From assembly GCA_963845515.1 (NCBI GenBank), contig CAWJSR010000001.1, forward strand, positions 1-23,480: 23,480 nt of DNA, written 5' to 3'. This document shows positions 18,863 through 23,480 of this stretch, one piece after another. Origin of the DNA: an uncultured delta proteobacterium (GTDB lineage Bacteria; Myxococcota; Myxococcia; Myxococcales; Anaeromyxobacteraceae). A program made the position numbers and the translations under genes. The notes beneath the pieces were generated by a model, which saw nothing but the letters and a program-made list of their open reading frames with translations, searched no databases and was not told the DNA's origin. Every line of letters starts with the position of its first letter. Positions within the stretch are counted from its first letter, which is position 1.

Positions 18863-19722
18863 TTCACCAGCTCCTTCATGTACTCGCGGAGGGGGCCCGC
18901 CAGCTCGGGGCGCTTCATCGCGAAGGCGATGTTGGCCTTGAGGTACCCGAGCCGGTCGCCGGCGTCGTACCGATCGCCGTCGAACCGGTAGCCGAGGAGT
19001 CCGACCTCCTGGGCGAGCATCGCGAGGGCGTCGGTGAGCTGGATCTCCCCGCCGACGCCGGGCTTCACCGCCTCCAGGTAGGAGAAGATCCGTGGGGGGA
19101 GGACGTAGCGGCCGATGACGGCGAGGTGGGACGGCGGATCGGCCTTCGGCTTCTCGACCAGCCGGTCGATCCGCATCGTCCGATCGTCGAGGGCCTTTCC
19201 GGCGGCGATGCCGTACTGGTGCGTCTCGTCGAGCGAGACCTCCATCAGCGCGATGGTGCCGAGCCGGTGACGCTCGTAGCAGTCGGCGAGCTGCTTGGTG
19301 ACCGGGACCTGCGCGTCGATGATGTCGTCCCCGAGCATGACGACGAACGGCTCGTCGCCGACGAGGTCCTTCGCGCAGAGGACCGCGTGGCCGAGGCCGA
19401 GCGGCTGCTGCTGCCGGACCACCACCACGTTGGCCATCTCGGCGATCGCGCGCATCTGGGCCCGCAGCTCGTGCTTCCCGGCCCGCTCGAGGTGGGCCTC
19501 CAGCTCGGGGGCGATGTCGAAGTGGTCGACGATCGAGTCCTTGCCGCGCGCGCAGACCAGGATCACGTCGCGGACGCCGGCGGCGACCGCCTCCTCCACG
19601 ATGTGCTGGATCGTGGGGACGTCGACGATCGGGAGGAGCTCCTTCGGAACCGCCTTGGTCGCAGGGAGGAAGCGGGTGCCGAGCCCCGCCGCGGGGATGA
19701 CCGCCTTACGGATCCGTGACAT
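18859..19722 (-). CDS. galU: UTP--glucose-1-phosphate uridylyltransferase
   Basis: KAVIPAAGLGTRFLPATKAVPKELLPIVD, RQQQPLGLGHAV, VEKP, GGEIQLTDA. Confidence 0.97.
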   Translation of the reverse strand: MSRIRKAVIPAAGLGTRFLPATKAVPKELLPIVDVPTIQHIVEEAVAAGVRDVILVCARGKDSIVDHFDIAPELEAHLERAGKHELRAQMRAIAEMANVVVVRQQQPLGLGHAVLCAKDLVGDEPFVVMLGDDIIDAQVPVTKQLADCYERHRLGTIALMEVSLDETHQYGIAAGKALDDRTMRIDRLVEKPKADPPSHLAVIGRYVLPPRIFSYLEAVKPGVGGEIQLTDALAMLAQEVGLLGYRFDGDRYDAGDRLGYLKANIAFAMKRPELAGPLREYMKELVK

Positions 19723-19788
19723 GGCGGGGACTCTAGCCCGGCCATCCGGTGCGCGGAAGGAGTAGCTGGGGGCGGTGCCGGCCCCAGC

Positions 19789-20145
19789 CTAGGCTCGCTC
19801 GCTCCGCTCGGACTCGGTCTTGCAGTCGATGCAGAGGGTGGTCACCGGTCGCGCCTTCAGACGACCCGCCGAGATGGGCCGGCCGCAGGTCTCGCAGACC
19901 CCGAACGTCCCCTTGTCGAGCCGCTCGAGGGCACCGACGATCTTGGTCGCCAGGCGCCGATCCCGGTCGCCGAGCCGGAGCGCCCAGTTCCGCTCGCTCT
20001 CGATGGTGCCTCGGTCGTTCGGATCCGGGATCTCCTCCGCGTCCTGCGCCACCATCGCGCGAACCGTCTCCTCACCCTGGCCCAGAAGCTCGGCCAGCTG
20101 GTGCTGGAGGAGCGACCGGTACTGGACGAACTCACGCTTGCGCAT
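19789..20145 (-). CDS. dksA: RNA polymerase-binding protein, DksA/TraR family
   Basis: DPNDRG coiled-coil tip, RDRRL..KI..AL.RL..GTFG, zinc finger CETC...RLKARP...CIDCK. Confidence 0.9.
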   Translation of the reverse strand: MRKREFVQYRSLLQHQLAELLGQGEETVRAMVAQDAEEIPDPNDRGTIESERNWALRLGDRDRRLATKIVGALERLDKGTFGVCETCGRPISAGRLKARPVTTLCIDCKTESERSERA

Positions 20146-20269
20146 CGTCCACCTCCGGATCCGTTACCACCCGATGACGATAGCGCCATCACCGCCGGGG
20201 GCCAAGGGCGCCTGGCAGCGATCACGTCCGCTTTCTTGCGGCGCCTGGTGCGGGCGATATCCTCACCCC

Positions 20270-21127
20270 GTGCGCACGAAATCCATTGTGCTTTTCGCGA
20301 TCTTGCAGTGGCCGGCCGCGGCCTTCGCGCAGTCCGTCGCGCCCGCCGGCGTGGCCGATCTCGCCGGCCCGCGGGCGGTGGGGATCGGCGCAGCGATCGG
20401 GATCGCGTCCGGCAACGACGCGATCTACGTGAACCCCGCCGCGCTCGCGGCCCGCCGCCGCTACTCGGCGGAGGCCCAGTCCTGGTTCGAGCGGCGCGGC
20501 TCGGAGACCACGGCGCAGGTCTGGACCGCCTCGGTCGCCGACTCCCTCTCGAGCTCCGTGGCCGCGGCGGTCGCCTACGGACACGTGACCGAGGGGCTGG
20601 AGACGGGCTCGCTCTATCACCTGGCCATGGCGGGCTCCATCGCCGAGGGGATCTACCTCGGCGTCGCGGGGAAGTACTACGACCTCTCGGGCGACGAGTC
20701 GGTGAGCGCCGCCACGGTCGACGCGGGGATCCTCTGGCAGGTGGCCGACTACGTCTCGCTGGGTGTGGCCGGGTACAACCTGGCGCCGACCGGACAGGAG
20801 CTGGTCCTCCCTCGCGGGGTGGGGGCCGGGATCGCGATCGGTAGCGACCGGAGCGTCCAGGGCAGCTTCGACTGGCGCGCGAATCTCGATCGCGGCGGGG
20901 AGACCACGAACCGCTATGCGTTCGGCGCCGAGGTCCTCCTCGGTGGGCTCGCCCCGCTGCGGGCCAGCTACGTCATCGACGAGACGCTCGACACCAGGTG
21001 GTGGTCCATCGGGGCCGGACTCGTCTCCGGCAACGGTGGCGGCATAGACGTGGCCTACCGTCAGTCGCTCGACGATCCCGACGCCCGCGTAATCTCCGCC
21101 GCCGTGAAGCTCCAGTTCGCCCAGTAG
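20270..21127 (+). CDS. Putative outer-membrane beta-barrel protein (PorV/FadL-like N-terminus)
   Basis: Signal peptide ending AFA. GPRAVGIG...DAIYVNPAALA motif, alternating amphipathic strands, and C-terminal VKLQFAQ. Confidence 0.7.
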   Translation: MRTKSIVLFAILQWPAAAFAQSVAPAGVADLAGPRAVGIGAAIGIASGNDAIYVNPAALAARRRYSAEAQSWFERRGSETTAQVWTASVADSLSSSVAAAVAYGHVTEGLETGSLYHLAMAGSIAEGIYLGVAGKYYDLSGDESVSAATVDAGILWQVADYVSLGVAGYNLAPTGQELVLPRGVGAGIAIGSDRSVQGSFDWRANLDRGGETTNRYAFGAEVLLGGLAPLRASYVIDETLDTRWWSIGAGLVSGNGGGIDVAYRQSLDDPDARVISAAVKLQFAQ

Positions 21128-21161
21128 TGCCGGGCGGCCCGTCGCGGGTCCTGAAGCGCGT

Positions 21162-23480
21162 TCAGTCGATCGTCACGATCCGGTCGGGCGACTGGGTGAT
21201 TACGTAGAGTCGTTCGCCGCTGGAGTCGAAGGTGAAGCCTTCGACCCGCTCGTTGAAGATGAGGCTCCCAACCTCGGGAAAGCCCGCCTCCGGATCGGCC
21301 CTGAAGAAGCGCACGGCGAACCCGAGCGAGCCGCCGGTCTCCCTGTGGACGAGGAGTCGACCGTTCGGGGAGATCGCGTGGATCTCCAGGAGTTGGTCGC
21401 TCGCGGGGACCGTCCGGCCCTCGCCGAGCGTCGCGTCGAACAGCGTGGCGAACGACTCCTGCGCGTCCACGTCGCTCCAGAAGACCCAGAGGCCATCCTC
21501 CAGCAGGGCGGCCGTCCGCACGGAGGCCGTGCGGGACGCTGAGGTCGTCCCCGGGACGATCCAGCTCGCGCGTGGCGTCCCGCCCGCGACGAGCGAGGCG
21601 GGAGTCCAGAAGCCCACCGTGACGTCGTCGTCCCGCTCCACGACGGCCCAGACGTCGCCACCGGGCGTGAAGCCGAGGCCGTAGAAGGCCGGCGCCCCGG
21701 CCGAAGGGATGGCCGTGACACCTGCCGTCGCGGGAGGGGTGGGGGCGGCGTCTGCGTCGATCAGGGAGAGCCCCTCGTCGTGGGCGACGGCGAGGAGCCT
21801 GCCGCGCGCCGCGACGCGGCGTGGCTGCGCGCCAGAGGCGAGGAGGACCGGCAGGGGCGCATCCCAGGCGCCGTCCAGGAACCCCTCGACGAGCGGGGTC
21901 GCGCCTCCCGTGACCGCCCAGGCGTTGCGTGCGTCGCTCGCGGCGGCGACGAAGCCGATGGCGGGCGTCCGGGAGATAGCGGACGGCGCGTCGGTCCCGG
22001 TCGGGAACCTGAGCAGGCCCGGGAACGCGGTGGACGGGAAGATGAGGTCGCCCTCGAGGCCGGCAGCGGACGGGACCCAGGCCGCGGCGTCGGCGTAGCC
22101 GTCTCCGCCAGGAGCGACGTCGAAGTTGACGCGGGCGACCCGCTGGCCAGTGGCAATGTCCACGACGAGGACGTTGTTGTCCCCGTCGCCCGCGACGAAG
22201 GCGTAGTCGATCGTCGGCAGGACGCCGAGGCCCGGGAGGCTCACCGACGCGGCGACCGTCGGGCTGGCGGCGTCCACGAACCAGCGGAGGGCGCCGTTGC
22301 TGCCGAAGGCGACGGCGAGGTCGTCGCCCGGCTTCGTCGCGACGAAGATCGGGGTCGAGGCGGCGGCCACGATCGACTCGATGAGATTGGGGCTGAACGT
22401 GTCCACGAGGGTCTCGAACGTCCCCGTCGAGAGGGAGGCGATGGCGGCGTTGCCGTCGTCGAGCGACGCCGCCACGTCAATCGAGCCGGCGCCGTCACCC
22501 GCCGCGGCGAGCGGGACGAGGCCGTCGGCTGCCGTGTTGAACCCCGGCGGGCACGCGCCGGCGTACGAGCCGGCACAGCCGAACTGGACGGGGGGGGAAG
22601 GCACAGCCGGCAGCGTGCGGAGATCGAGGACGAAAAGCGCGATGTCGTAATTGATGTCGAAGCCGGCAACGACGACGCGGCCGTCCCGCAGGTCCACCGC
22701 GCCGAAGAAGTTCTCCACGCCGTAGGGCACGGGGGCGAGGAGCGACGCCAGCGTCGAGGCGTTGTAGGCCGCCACCACCGCGTTGCCGTTGATGTCCTCG
22801 CCGAAGGCGAGCACGACGTTCCGGCCGGCGAGGTGCAGCAGCTTCTTCGGGAGCCCCGGGAGGCGCCTCGATGGACGCCTGCTTCGTGCCGCTCGCGACT
22901 TCCAGCGCGTCGAGCATCACCTTTCCGGCGGCGTCGTAGACGTAATAAGCGAGCCCCAGCCCGGGGGCGTCGGTGCTGAGCAGGACGGTAGGCGTCGCGA
23001 AGGACGGGTTGCTGAGGAAGAGGAGGCCCCCGAACAGGCCGGAGTCCAGGGCCACCTCTGGGGCCGGATAGGCGAGGACCGCGCGCGGGTGCTGGAGGAT
23101 CGGCGTCGAGGAGGCCACCTGGAGTCTCCCGGGCTCGCCGAGGCCGAGGTAGTCGAAGGCGTTGACCGAAGCGCGGCTCGTCCCCTCCAGGTTGGCGACC
23201 GTGATGGGGCCGTCGCCGGCGTTGGCCGGGACGCGCACGAGGAAGATCCGCCCCGTCGAACCGCTCGGCGCGCGCGGAGGCGTTCGCGAAGTTGACCGTG
23301 TTCTCGCTGGCGACGGCCGCGAAATGGCTCCCAGTCACGCGGACGAGCTGCCCCGCAAGGGCCGAGCCGGGCGAGAACCCCAACACCGAGGGGTTGCTGG
23401 GGACTGCGGGCAGGTCGAGGTCGAAGGAGCATCCCGCGAGCGCGGCGACGCCGATGACTGCCGAGAAGAGGGCGAGCTTG
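21162..23480 (-). CDS. Lipoprotein with IPT/TIG domain and probable beta-propeller region; frameshifts near 23250 and ~22840; start just outside window
   Basis: Lipobox KLALFSAVIGVAALAG-C (Cys codon 23429-23431). TIG motif FSPGSALAGQLVRVTGSHF...NTVNF...VRVPANAGDGPITV. Blade-like motifs LGFTPGGDVW, AISPNGRLL, FTFDSSGERLYV. Confidence 0.8.

Overview
The window looks like three unrelated high-GC bacterial fragments joined end to end, with many single-base indels that resemble uncorrected long-read errors. (1) ~1-7550, Planctomycetota-like (inference): glycoside hydrolase fragments, a DUF5060/DUF4038 gene, a REP-associated transposase remnant, then fasciclin, SigK-like ECF sigma, RskA-like anti-sigma and a secreted CxxCH/LRR-like protein. 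The anti-sigma gene carries an in-frame GTAG-type REP doublet. (2) ~7550-14980, Burkholderiales-like late flagellar cluster: flgM, flgN-like, ycgR, fliT, fliS, fliD, two fliC and a degenerate HD-GYP gene. It has four sigma28 promoters and a 4-copy GGA-hairpin tandem repeat that may be an sRNA. (3) ~14980-23480, Anaeromyxobacter/Myxococcota-like: cysteine synthase 3' end, hybrid histidine kinase, exported protein, galU, dksA, a beta-barrel-like protein and an IPT/TIG lipoprotein. Both major junctions cut genes, so cross-junction neighbourhoods should not be read as biology. No rRNA, tRNA or CRISPR was recognised. The best candidates for something new are the non-coding flagellar elements, the REP doublet in the anti-sigma gene, and the extended SigK module. 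All family and taxon calls come from motif recognition, not database searches.
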